From: Heterodontus francisci
Taxonomy: Eukaryota
Assembly: GCF_036365525.1 (NCBI RefSeq)
Contig: NC_090404.1
Coordinates: 7,254,001-7,318,000, forward strand
Length of the DNA: 64,000 nt
Direction of reading: 5' to 3'
Made by a program: the position numbers and the translations under genes. The notes under the pieces were generated by a model, which was not told the origin of the DNA, did not search any database, and saw only the letters and a program-made list of their open reading frames with translations. Within the stretch, counting starts at the first letter, position 1. Each line of letters opens with the position of its first letter. Positions 39,951-51,944 of this stretch are shown here, in pieces.

Positions 39951-40496
39951 CGTGCAGCATATGCGGAGAAGCTCCAGTGCGGTGAAGCAGCGCCCGTTTC
40001 ATGTCAAGGATTAGGCTTTCACTGCCATCCACTGGCCAGAGATTGTCATTGCTCCCATTGGGAAAATGTCGATGTCAGTCACTGTTTCATGCAGCAATGT
40101 ATCAAGAAACAACTTGCAATGATGTACCAGCTCATCACCTTCTGTGGAAGGTACCAAAGGGTTTAAGGTGTAACTAATTCAAGATGAATGTGTCCGACTT
40201 GTGCATAGATTCTTCAGGAACAGAGTATAGTGGTTCAAATCCTGTGAATGTATTTTTGTTGCTCTTGGTTCAAGCTGACCAGGACACAGTGTGGAATCAT
40301 GGGAGCTTTAAAACCCACCTCAACAGAAAAGGGGTGGAGGAGAGATAATTGTTTCAGTTTGTCCCTGGGAAGATAGTGCCCTTTCAGCACTGCACCCATC
40401 GGAAGCCTGGTTTCTGAAGCTGACGTGGAATCCATAATTTACTGATTCAGAATCAGAGTCAAGCCACTTTCGCCAAGCTGCTACTTAAATGTTTAA

Positions 40497-42908
40497 TAAA
40501 AGCAAAATAATGCGGATGCTTGAAATCTGAAATAAAAACATGAAATGCTGGAACAACTCAGCAGGTCTGGCAGCATCTGTGAAAAGAGAAGCAGAGTTAA
40601 CGTTTCGGGTTAGTGACCCTTCTTCGGAACTGATATATAGAATATTAGAAAAGTCACAGGTTATAAGCAAGTGAGGTGGGGGTGGGGCAAGAGATAACAA
40701 AGGAGAAGGTGTAGATTGGACCAGGACACATAGCTGACCAAAACGTCATGGAGCAAAGGGAAACAATGCAAATGGTGTGTTGAAAGACAAAGCATTAGTA
40801 CAGATTAGGTGTTAATGCACTGAATATTGAACAGCAGCAAGTGCAAACCTGAAAAAAAAACAGTGGGTAAGTAAACTGAACAAACTAAGATGAAATTAAA
40901 TAAATGCAAAAAAAAGAATGTAAAAAATGTAAAAAAGAATGTAAAAATAAAGAGAAGAAAATATAACTAAAAAAGAAAGTAAAATGGGAGGCTGTCATGG
41001 TCTGAAATTATTGAACTCAATGTTCAGTCCGGCAGGCTGTAGTGTGCCTAATCGGTAGATGAGATGCTGTTCCACGAGCTTGTGTTGATGCTCACTGGAA
41101 CACTGCAGCAATCCCAGGACAGAGATGTGAGCATGAGAGCAGGGGGGAGTGTTGAAATGGCAAACAACCGGAAGCTCAGGGTCCTGCTTGCGGACTGAGT
41201 GGAGATATTCCGCAAAGCGGTCACCCAGTCTGCGCTTAGTCCCCCCAATGTAAAGGAGAGCATACTGTGAGCAGCGAATACAGTATACTACATTGAAAGA
41301 AGTACAAGTAAATCGTTTCTTCACCTGGAAGGGGTGTTTGGAGCCTGGGATAGTGAGCAGAGAGGAGGTAAATGGGCAGGTATTTACCTCCTGTGATTGC
41401 AGGGGAAGGTGCCATGGGACGGGGACGAGGTGCTGGGGGTAATGGAGGAGTGGACCAGGGTGTCGTGGAGGGAACGATCCCTTCGGAATGCTGACAGGGG
41501 AAGGGAGGGGAAGATGCGACAGATAGTGGCATCACGCTGGAGGTGGCAGAAATGGCGGAGGATAATCCTTTGGACATGGAGGCTGATGGGTGGAAAGTAA
41601 GGACAAGGGGAACCCTGTCACGGTTCTGGGAGGGAGGGGAAGGGGTGAGGGTAGAGGTGTGGGGAATGGGCCGAACACCGTTGAGGGCCTTGTCAACCTT
41701 AGTGGGGGGAAATCCTCGGTTGAAGGAAAAGGAGGTCATATCAGAAGCACCGTCATAGAAGAGCAGATGCGTCGGAGACGGAGAAACTGGGAGAATGGAA
41801 TGGAGTCCTTCCAGGAGGTAGGGTGTGAAGAAGTGTCGTCGAGGTAGCTGTGGGAGTCGGTGGGCTTATAACGGATATTAGTAGACAACCTATCCCCAGA
41901 GATGGAGACAGAGAAGTCGAGGAAGGGAAGGGAAGTGTCAGAGATGGACCATGTAAAGGTGAGAGAAGGGTGGAAATTGGAAGCAAAGTTGATACAGTTT
42001 CCCAGTTCGGGGCGGGAGCAGGAAACGGCACCGATAGTCATCAATGTACCGGAAAAAGAGTTGGGGGAGGGGGCCTGAGTAGGACTGGAACAAAGAATGC
42101 TCGACATATCCCACAAAAAGACAGGCATAACTAGGACCCGTGCGGGTACCCATAGCGACGCCTTTTACTTGAAGGAAGTGCGTGGAGTTGAAGGAGAAGT
42201 TGTTCAATGTGAGAACAAGTTCAGCCAGGTGGAGGAGGGTGGTGGTGGATGGGGACTGGTTGGGCCTCTGTTCCAGGAAGAAGCGGAGAGCCCTCAAACC
42301 ATCCTGGTGGGGGATAGAGGTGTAGAGCGATTGGACGTCCATAGTGAAGAGGAGGCGGTTGGGACCAGGAAACTGGGAATTGTCAAAATGACATAGGACG
42401 TCAGAAGAGTCACGGATGTAGGTGGGAAGAGACTGGACCAGCGGAGAAAAGATAGAGTCTAGATAGGAAGAAATAAGTTCAGTGGGGCAGGAGCAGGCTG
42501 ACACATTGGGTCTGCCGGGACAGTCCCGTTTGTGGATTTTGGGAAGGAGGTAGAAGCGGGCTGTCCAGGTTTGCGGGACTATGTGGTTGGAAGCTGTAGA
42601 GGGAAGATCTCCAGAGGAGATGAGGTCAGTGACAGTCCATTGGACGTTGGCCTGATGTTCGGTGGTGGGGTGATGGTCCAGAGGGAGGTAGGAAGAAGTG
42701 TCCGTGAATTGGCGTTGAGCTTCTGCAAGGTAGAGGTCGGTACGCCATGCAACAAAAGCATCACCCTTGTCTGCAGGTTTGATGACCATGTCGGGGTTAG
42801 ACCTGAGAGACCGGAGTGCCTCAAGTTCAGATGGGGACAGGGTAGAGTGAGTGAGGGGGGGGGCAGAGAAATTGAGATGACCAATGTCTCGCCGACAGTT
42901 TTCAATGA
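40497..42908 (-). mobile_element. Penelope-like retroelement (RT plus GIY-YIG endonuclease), frameshifted, with 3' pLTR
   Basis: IKPADKG, FYLLPKIHK..GRP, TMDVQSLYTSIP, GVAMG, FFRYIDD; then NVVYCIRC..LYIGGTKRRLGDRF. Confidence 0.92.
40595..40631 (-). ncRNA. Minimal type I hammerhead ribozyme motif in the Penelope pLTR
   Basis: AGTT-CCGAAGA-A-GGGT(cacta)ACCC-GAAA-CGTT-AACT. Confidence 0.6.
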
Positions 42909-43817
42909 ATGTTTAATGTGTTCAAGTGACATTTTATATCTGCATTGGTTAATACAGTTGCTGTTAAACTTCCGTATACTAATATCACAAATAGCAACTT
43001 CAGGATTACAATTACAAAACTGTTGATTAATGCAACTGAAATTCGTTGAATCATTGAATCTGACTGGATAGAAGGAGGCCATTCAGCCCATCGTGGCAGC
43101 TGTTTGAAAGAGATATCCAATCAGTTCCACTCTCCTGGTCTTTCTCCAAAGTCCTGACAATCTTTCCTTTTCCAGTAATTATTCAATTCCCTTTTGAAAA
43201 TTCCTAATTGAATGTGTTTGCACCAACCTTTCAGATAATTCATTCCAGCTCAAAACAAATCGCAGTATTAAAAAAAATCTCCTCTTCTTGCCCCTTATTC
43301 CTTTACCAATTGTTTTAAATCTGTGTCCTCCGGTTGCTGACATTCCTGCCAGTGGAAACAGTATCTCACTAACAACACTATCAAAATCATTCATAATCCA
43401 TGAGCTCAATTAATTCTCCCTTTAGGCCACTCTACTCTAACGGAAACGATCCCAGCTGTTGTAACCTCTCTGCAGAACTGAAGTCCCTCATCCCTCTTCC
43501 AATTCTATCAAACCCCCTCTGCACCCTCTCCAGCGGCCTTAAAATCCTCTCTGAAATGTGGATTGAAATAAATTCTGCCATTATTTCACATTCATCTTAT
43601 TTCTAAAGATACATTGGCCCTTAACATTGAGGTGTGTGGTAATCTGAGTATTATTAATATTGGTACCCATAATCTTACTTGCTTTGACACTGCAGACGGT
43701 GACTACATACTCAGCAACATCAACCTCTGCACCGTTGATGTTTCAATAAGATCACTGTTGTGAGCTGCTGATTGGACATTTCATTGATTTAAAGACTCTT
43801 TTTAAATACAGTTGTTT

Positions 43818-44550
43818 ATTTATTCATTCATGGGATGTGGGTGTCGCTGGCTCGACCAGCATTTATTTCCCATCCCTAATTGTCTTTGAGAAGGTGATGG
43901 TGAGCTGCCTTCTTGAACAGCTGCAATCTTTGAGGTGTAGGTACACCCAGAGTGCTGTTAGGAAGGGAGTTTCAGGATTTTTACCCCGTGACAGTGATCG
44001 TGTTCCAAGTGAGGATGGTGTGTGGATTGGAGTGAACCTTGCGAGTGGTGGTGTTCCCATGCATCTGCTGCCCTTGCCCTTCTAGGTGATAGAGGTCGTG
44101 GGTTTGGAAGGTGCTGTCAAAGGAGCCTTGGTGAGTTGCTGCATTGCATCTTGTACACAGTATGCACTGCTGCCACTGTGCATCAGTGGTGAGTGAATGT
44201 TGAAGGAGGTGGTTGGGGTGCCAATCAAGCGGGTTGCTTTGTCCTGGATGGTGTCGAGCTTCTAGAGTGTTATTGGAGCTGTACCCATCCAGGCAAGTGG
44301 GGAGTATTCCATCACACTCCTGACTTGTCTCTTGTAGATGGTGGACAGGCATTGGGGAGACAGGAGGTGAGTTAATTGCTGCAGATTTTCCAGCCTCTAA
44401 CCTGCTCCTGTAGCCACAGCATTTATGTGGCTGGTTAGTTTCTGGTCAATGGTGACCCCCAAGATGTTGATAGCCGGGGATTCAGCGATGATAATGTCAT
44501 TGAACTTCAAGGGTAGAAGGTTAGATACTCCCTTGTTTGATCTGGTCATT
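43818..44550 (-). mobile_element. LINE 3' fragment, RTEX-like
   Basis: Minus strand reads as IYKRQVRSVMEYSPLAWMG..LDTIQDKA; clade assigned from memory of similar shark elements. Confidence 0.6.
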
Positions 44551-44849
44551 GTCTGTTATTGTTGTTGTAGACATGTCTCTCTTTATATTCCAGTAGGACC
44601 TCTGCTTGTTGTTCATAATGTAGAACATCTCTCTGTTTCTATTGCACAAGGCTCTGCCTCAGTTATTACTTGAGAAAATGCCTCTATTTATATTATATTC
44701 GGTCCTATCTTTGTTATTACTATGCTAGACGTCGATGTCTCTGATAATATTACATTCGGCTCACTCTCAATTACACTGTAATAAACCTGATCTCTCTTTA
44801 TATTGCACTGGACCTGCGTTGCACTCGATCCTGTATCTGTTTATATAAC

Positions 44850-44886
44850 AGTTCCGAAGAAGGGTCACTGACCCGAAACGTTAACT
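44850..44886 (+). ncRNA. Minimal type I hammerhead ribozyme motif
   Basis: AGTT-CCGAAGA-A-GGGTC(act)GACCC-GAAA-CGTT-AACT. Confidence 0.65.
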
Positions 44887-44948
44887 CTGCTTCTCTTTCC
44901 TCAGATGCTGCCAGACCTGCTGAGTGAATCCAGCATTTCTTGTTTTTG
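44851..44948 (+). mobile_element. 98-bp solo Penelope pLTR fragment with 9-bp TSD
   Basis: Matches the reverse complement of about 40535-40631; TATATAACA at 44842-44850 and 44949-44957. Confidence 0.8.
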
Positions 44949-46912
44949 TATATAACAATAGACCCTGTCTCTCTATAAATTACACTGGACCCTGCCTCTG
45001 TATACATTGCACTAGTCCCTGTATCTGTTTATCTCACAATAGACCCTGTCTCTGTTTACATTATATTAGACTGTTTGGTATCATATTTTATTTTATAATG
45101 CTCTTGTAAAGCACCTCAGGACTTATTATTATGCTGATGGCACGATCTAACTGCAAGCTGTTGTTGCTTCTGTGATTGGATTCTGCTGTTGAACACGTCC
45201 AGGACTAAACCATGTTCAATCTGAAAGTGGAGTTTGTTTCTGCTGATGTCAATAACCCCTATAACTGGGCTGGAGTTTAATTTTTACATTTACCAAATAA
45301 ATCAGATTTGTGTCAAACACACATTTGTTCAGTCCTTGATTTCTCCAGGACAGGAGGAAACTGATTGATGTCCTGTTAGCCACAGTTCCGTTTTTGGTCC
45401 TTTTCTGCTTTCTAACTCGACATCATTCAGTTCTTGTCGCTTCAGTTACTCTCATGTACAAGTCGCAGCGCCTCTTCCCTTCCAGACTGCCTCTCCAGCC
45501 TTGAGATCCAGGGAAGGTTATCAGTAACATGCCCGGGATCACTAAACACAAAAACTCACTCTGTAAATCACTTTCAGCTATTGGACCTAGCCAATGCCTC
45601 ACAGCATCTCTCGCACCTTCGATGTGTGAATAGACCATCACGCCTGCATACTCGATTTAAATGTAAACTTAAATCTTCCGAGCAAATGTATTCAACAACA
45701 GATGAACACTTCACATAACTGGCGAAATACTCAATTACTGTGATCTGCAATGCACTGGCTGAAAGGGTGGTGGAAGTAGATTCAATAAGTTTCCAAAGGG
45801 AATTGGATAAATAATTAAAAGGAAGAGTTTGCAGGGCTCTGGGGAAAGGCCAGGGGAGTGGGACTAATTGTCAACTCTTTCAAAGATGCTGCCGGCCCGA
45901 CAATGCAGCTCTCTATTGACAGCAGACAGTCTGATGTCCAACTCCCCAAGAATAAAGATCCAAACTCTCTAATAAATCAGCTTTATTTCAAACCATTTGC
46001 AGTAAGTTGGGTTCCAATTGCCCCGCTCCCCCGTTGCCTGGATACAAACACTGTGAACGGCAGTGCACTCTAATTATGGTCCCGAGACTGCGCTCCCTGT
46101 TTAAAGTGCTGTGGCACTGTCTCCCTGCGGTTCAATCCTCTGCTGTCCCCACACTCGCTTCCCTTCTTTCTGGAGATCTAACTGTTGTATAATTGCACCA
46201 GCAGTTAACAGGTACCTGTGAAATCCTCCATCTGCTGCTTTCATGCAGACATCAGCCAATTTATTTGAAGCAGGTTTTTATTAAATGAATTAACACCTGC
46301 CTAAAATGATCATCTCAGGTCTATCACACTAACATGTTAAAATGTTGTAGAATCATTACGAATCATTTTCAGACTAGAAATTTGAACGTGCCGTTTCACT
46401 TTCAGTCAGGAACAGATCACAGTTTTACTCCAATCTCTGATTTGACAGCACATTTCCAGCATTCACCGTTGTTCATTTTGATTCTAAACACAGTTGTAAA
46501 TGAGCATTCTGTTCCATGCCAAGGATCTCAGAAACATGGAAGAGAGCGGCTGGGGACACATTTCTGACACGTCTCAGCATTAACGCACACGGGGGCTTTG
46601 CTGTCAGTCGAGAGGCGAGAAAGACCAAAGTGCCGTTTGTCTGTCTCACTGTGAGCCTAAAGGACTGTGGCCAGTAGAAGTTCTGTTCTTGCCGTACGAT
46701 CCTTCCCCAGATTGTCATTTCTGAGATCCAGCCAGGTGATGTCAAACACTTAGGGGGGAAAGACAAAAACCTACAACAGTGCTTTGAAAACAAAGCTGAT
46801 TTATTTCATATTTATCCAGAATATTAAACCTCAGCGAAAAAATCACTGTCAAAATGAACATGGTTCAGTTCTAGGTGTGATTAACAGCAGCAATAACAGC
46901 AGAATCCAACCC

Positions 46913-48615
46913 TTACAGTCTCTTGTGAACTCGCTGGTGTGTTCGCAGGTGGGATGACTGAGTGAACCCCTTCCCACACACAAAGCAGGTGAATGGCCTC
47001 TCCCCAGTGTGAATTCGCTGGTGATTCAGTAGGTTGGATAAATGAGTGAATCCCTTCCCACACATGGAGCAGGTGAACGGCCTCTCCCGAGTGTGAATTC
47101 GTTGGTGTGTCAGCAGGTTGGATGACTGAGTGAATTTTGTATCACAGACGGAGCAGGTGAAGGGCCTCTCCCTGGTGTGAACTCGCTGTTGATTTAACAG
47201 GTTGGATGAACGCGTGAATCCCTTCCCACAAATCGAGCAGGTAAATGGCCTCTCCTGAGTGTCAACCTGCTGGTGTGTCAAAAGATTGCATGAACGGGTG
47301 AATCCCTTCCCACACACAGAGCTCATGAATGGTCTATGCCCCGTGTGAAGTTGCTGATGTATCAGAAGGCTGGATGAATTCATGAATCCCTTCACACACA
47401 GAGAGCAAGTGAAAGGTCTTTCCCCAGTCAATGCACTGGAACACTCTGACTCGGGTTTGTGTGTGTGAGTCGGTGCTTTTCCAGTCACACTGATGTTTGA
47501 AATCTTTTCCCACAGACAGAACAAACAAACATTTCTCCTTCCACATTCAAAGGCCGATGACATTCAGACTAGATGAATTGAGTGACTGTCAGATCTTCAC
47601 CTGAAGCTTGGCTTGAGTTTCCAGTCTGAAAATAGTAGTATATATAAATGATTTGGAGGAAAATTTAGCTGGTCTGATTAGTAAGTTTGCGGACGACACA
47701 AAGGTTGGTGGAGTTGCAGATAATGATGAGGATTGTCAGAGGATACAGCAGGATATAGATCGGTTGGAGACTTGGGCGGAGCTTTGGCAGATGGAGTTTA
47801 ATCCGGACAAATGTGAGGTAATGCATTTTGGAAGGTCTAATGCAGGTGGGAGGTATACAGTAAATGGCAGAACCCTTAGGAGTATTGACAGGCAGAGAGA
47901 TATGGGCGTACAGGTCCACGGGTCACTGAAAGTGGCAACGCAGGTGGATAAGGTAGTGAAGAAGGCATTTGGCATGCTTGCCTTCATCGGCCGGGGCACG
48001 GAGTATAAAAATTGGCAAGTCATGTTGCAGCTGTACAGAACCTTAGTCAGGCCACACTTAGAATATTGCGTGCAATTCTGGTCGCCACACTACCAGAAGG
48101 ACGTGGAGGCTTTGGAGAGGGTACAGAGGAGTTTTACCAGGATGTTTCCAGGTCTAGAGGGCATTAGCTATGAGGAGAGGTTGGAAAAACTGGGATTGTT
48201 TTCACTGGAACGACGGAGGTGGAGGGGCGACATGACAGAGGTTTACAAAGTTATGAGCGGCATGGACAGAGTGGATCGTCAGAAGCTTTTTCCCAGGGTG
48301 GAAGAGTCAGTTACTAGGGGACATAGGTTTAAGGTGAGAGGGGATGTGCGAGTCAAGTTCTTTACACAGAGTGTGGTGAGTGACTGGAACGTGTTGCCAG
48401 GGGAGGTGGTGGAAGCAGGTACCATAGAGACATTTAAGAGGCATTTTGACAAATACATGAATAGGATCGGAATAGAGGGATATGGGCACCGGAATTCCTG
48501 AAGGTGTTAGTTTCGGCAGGCATCAAGATCGGCGCAGGCTTGGAGGGCCGAATGGCCTGTTCCTGTGCTGTACTGTTCTTTGTTATTTTTGTTCAAATGC
48601 TCCTCTTCTAATACC
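46913..48615 (-). pseudogene. Kruppel-type C2H2 zinc-finger gene, probably a pseudogene; last exon interrupted by a CR1 LINE
   Basis: Six finger repeats with TGERPF-type linkers in ORF 46913-47563 (fingers 2 and 3 lack zinc ligands); an upstream finger in another frame has stops; acceptor ttttacag|GG at 48615 is separated from the fingers by the LINE. Confidence 0.8.
47638..48592 (+). mobile_element. Young 5'-truncated CR1 LINE inside the zinc-finger exon
   Basis: Uninterrupted 282-aa ORF 47653-48501 ([17 protein letters not shown]); ttctttg tail. Confidence 0.93.
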
Positions 48616-48859
48616 CTGTAAAAGGAGTTTACAAATGTCATCACTGTCAGTACAGGATAGAAATTCAGAACGAACAATTCCAATTTCTATGGAACATTTT
48701 TTCCGCTCTTGCTCCCCCAAAGCTGTAAATTCCTGTCCCACACACTGTCCCTCCTCCCCGTGCAGAAAGCCAAACCCATCGCACCATCTGCAACATTTCT
48801 TTCCTCCACTGCCAGTTTTCACTCTTCCTCGACTCTGGCTGGGTTCAGTTCCCCATCTC

Positions 48860-49330
48860 CGATGTGTGGAGTGAGAATCAAATCAAACTTCGTGCTCACT
48901 GGGGCCCTGAAGCCCCGCCCCATTGTCTTGCGTCACCAGGATGGCCGCGCATGCCCGTGACCCCGCCCTGCCGAACATGGAGGCCTATGGCCCCGCTCCC
49001 TGGGCCTGTCACTGCAAGTAAACATTGGGCCTGTGGCCTCTTATCGGGGCCTCACGCATGCCGTCCGGCGGAACACAGAGCGGTTTCCCCGGTGGACTTT
49101 ATTCGGACCCAAAAATCCTTCAGCAACTTTCTGACCTCAGCGGTGGGTGGCAGGGGCGCGGCCTCCCCATAGTTTCTGTATCTCCCTGTACCACTTCCAG
49201 GGGCCTGCTCCAGAGCTGCAGCTTCAACTAGTGATGGAGCCGAGCCTCATCCGCACCAGCGCACCGGCCTCCTCAAACAGGCAACGGGCGGGTTCCACCC
49301 CGCGGAGCCTCTGGGGAAACACACTGTGTG
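48860..49330. promoter_or_regulatory. GC/CpG-rich island, probable promoter or first exon of the zinc-finger gene
   Basis: Sharp GC/CpG rise; GATGGCCGCGCATGCCC (YY1-like plus NRF1-like) near 48940-48957; possible minus-strand donor GTGAGC near 48899. Confidence 0.5.
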
Positions 49331-50199
49331 TGTTATTGACTGTCAATAATTGGAGAATTCACTGATCCGACTGAGATGGAGCTGAAGCGAAATTAAATCA
49401 ACTGAACGAAATACGAGAGCCTGCAGACATTAATGATTTGAATAAGGAAAGCAAACTGCCGCCCTCGCAGACAACATCAAATACAAATTTTAATTTGAAT
49501 TCGTCAATGATCCTTAAAGGGACAGTACTCTCTCTCTCTCTCTCTCTCTGTCTCTGTAGTTGGCTGTTAAAGGGATAGACCGAAGTAAAGGCAGAGTGTC
49601 TCTGCTTGCCTGTGTGATTCAGGAAGTTTGTTTTAAAAAAGTGTGCAGGAAACAATTCACTCAGTCAAGCACCAACATTTACACATTGATGAGACCAGCT
49701 CGTTCATTCTGGCAAACTGTTCGAAAAATGAGAAGAGCTTAAAAAGCAAAAATAATCTGCAGACACATCAATCCATTAACTCAAGGGACAGACTGTTCAC
49801 CTGCTCAGCATGAGGGAAATAAATTACTCATTTATCCGAAATGTTGAGACACTCGTGAGCTCACATGCGACTATCAGGGTCAGAATCTGCTATCAGTGCT
49901 TGCATTAATCTCACCCAGTTTGAATCGTCTTAATTCTGACAGTTAGGATGTGTTTCTGTTGATATTAATAACCCTCAACGAGGTAGTAGTTCAATATTAT
50001 GCAGAGCTAATCAAAGGCGGAAGGGTCAGATAAAAATCCTGTGATTGTCTCCAATTAGTTTATTTTTACTTTTGTGAAATACTTCACTCTTCAAAGGACT
50101 TTCTTCAAATACTGAAAGCTACCACAAATGGAGCAAAGCTCCATTAAACAACTGATCATAAACTGAAACGAAGCTCCTTCCAAGTGAATCCATGATTTA

Positions 50200-50445
50200 C
50201 TTGAACTTCTTTCAATTCAGTATAGTGTATTCACTGCTCACACTGTGGTCTTCTCTACATTGGAGAGACCAAGCCCTGACTGGCTGATTGCTTTGTGGAA
50301 AACTTCCGTTCAGTCTGCAGGTATAACTCTGAGCTTCCAGCCTCTTCCTCTGTTTCACTGGCTCAAACTGGTTCTGATAAAAGGACACAGACCTGAAATG
50401 TTAACTGTTCCTCTCTACATTGTTGCTGCCAGACCTGCTGAGTAT
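50200..50445 (+). mobile_element. Degenerate Penelope-like fragment (GIY-YIG remnant plus pLTR)
   Basis: gtattcactgctcac..tctctacattggagagaccaag and gacctgaaatgttaact..gccagacctgctgagtatt. Confidence 0.65.
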
Positions 50446-50544
50446 TGCACCCCACAGAGACATCACACATTGCTTCCTCCCTGGGACAGCTCAGGGTCAG
50501 ACACTGAACATACTGCACCCCGTAAAATAGCCCGCCCATTCCAG

Positions 50545-51930
50545 GTATTATTCTAGTAAACATTCTCTGAATTTCTTCCAATGCATTTACATCCTTCCTT
50601 AAATAAGGAGACCAACCCGTACACAGTACCCCAGACGTGGTCTCACCAATGCCATGTATAGCTGAAACATAACCTCCCTACATTTGTATTCAATTCCCCT
50701 CGTGATAAACAATAACACATTCCATTATCTTTCCTAATTATGTGTTGCACCGACATACTAACCTTTTGCGCTTCGTGCATTAGGACACCCAGATCCCTCT
50801 GCATCTCAGAGCTCTGCAATCTCTCACTATTTAGATAAAAGGCTTCTTTGTTATTCTTCCTGCCAAAATGGACAACTTCACAATTTCCCACATCATACTC
50901 CATTTGTCAGGTCTTTGCCCACTCACTTAACCTATCTATATCGCTCTGTCGCCTCCTTATGTTCACTTCACAAGTTACCTTCCTACTTATCTTTATGTCA
51001 TCAACAATCAGCAGTACCAGAATGTCTCATCTTTTCCTGATAGGTTTAATAATATTGGAAAGAGCGAAGCTATTGTCTTCGGTCCGTGCCACAACCTCCA
51101 CTGCCTAACCACGGACTCCATCCCTTTCCTGTCAATTGTCTGATGCGATACCAAACGGCTCATAACCTTGGTGTCATATCTGACCCCAAGATGAGCTTCC
51201 AACAGCATATCGGCAGCATAATTCAAACCACCTATTTCCATCTCAGTCACATAAGAACTTGTAAATAAGAGCCAATGTAGGCCATTCAGCCCCTCGAGCC
51301 TTCTCTGCATTCAATATGATCAAGGCTGATCTGATTGTGGCTTTGACTCCACTTTCCTGCCTGCCGTCCCCATAACGCTGGTCAACCAAAATCTGTTTAA
51401 CTCAGCCTTGACTATATTCAATGACCAGCCTCCACAACTTGCTGGGGAAGGGACAAACACAAACGACCCTCTGAGAGAAACAAATTCTTCCTCATCTCCC
51501 TCTTTAAATAGGAGACCCCTTAATTTGAAACTGTGTCCCTTACTTCTAGATTCCCCCATAAGGGGAAGCATCCTCCCAGCATCTATCCTGTCAAACCCCC
51601 TTCAAATAACAGACATTCCAATTAGATCACCTCTCAGTTGTCTAAACTACAATGAATATAAGCCAAACATGTTCCCCTATTCCTCATAAAACTAATGGAG
51701 ACAATCCATGCACGTGTTCTGTGTGTGGACGAGGTTTCAGCCGATGGTGTGGCCTGTTGAGCCACAAGCAAAGGACAAATCCCTCGCCTTCTGACTTCGC
51801 CGCTGCGTCAGCTCAACTTCATCTGAAACTTACATCAATGCATTTATTATCTTTTAGCTCGACTATTCTACCACACTCCTCACTAGCCTGCCACATTCAA
51901 CTCTCCATAAGAGTAGGATGCAGTCGGGAC
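50545..51930. mobile_element. Nested LINE debris: CR1 (minus, about 50545-51010 and 51255-51690) and L2-like (plus, about 51015-51250 and 51790-51930)
   Basis: CR1: QRDLGVLMHE; L2-like: LNIGKSEAIVFG..NLGVISDPKMSF..TYFHL. Confidence 0.7.
51690..51770 (+). pseudogene. Isolated C2H2 zinc-finger fragment
   Basis: KTNGDNPCTCSVCGRGFSRWCGLLSHKQ embedded between LINE fragments. Confidence 0.6.
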
Positions 51931-51944
51931 CAAAGTCGCAAGCT

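Larger units (their letters stand above)
44560..45072 (+). repeat. 27-bp satellite array
   Basis: Same consensus; carries the solo pLTR insertion. Confidence 0.8.

Noticed and set aside
47653-48501. 282-aa ORF as a host gene
   Set aside because: C-terminal part of CR1 ORF2 from a 5'-truncated insertion
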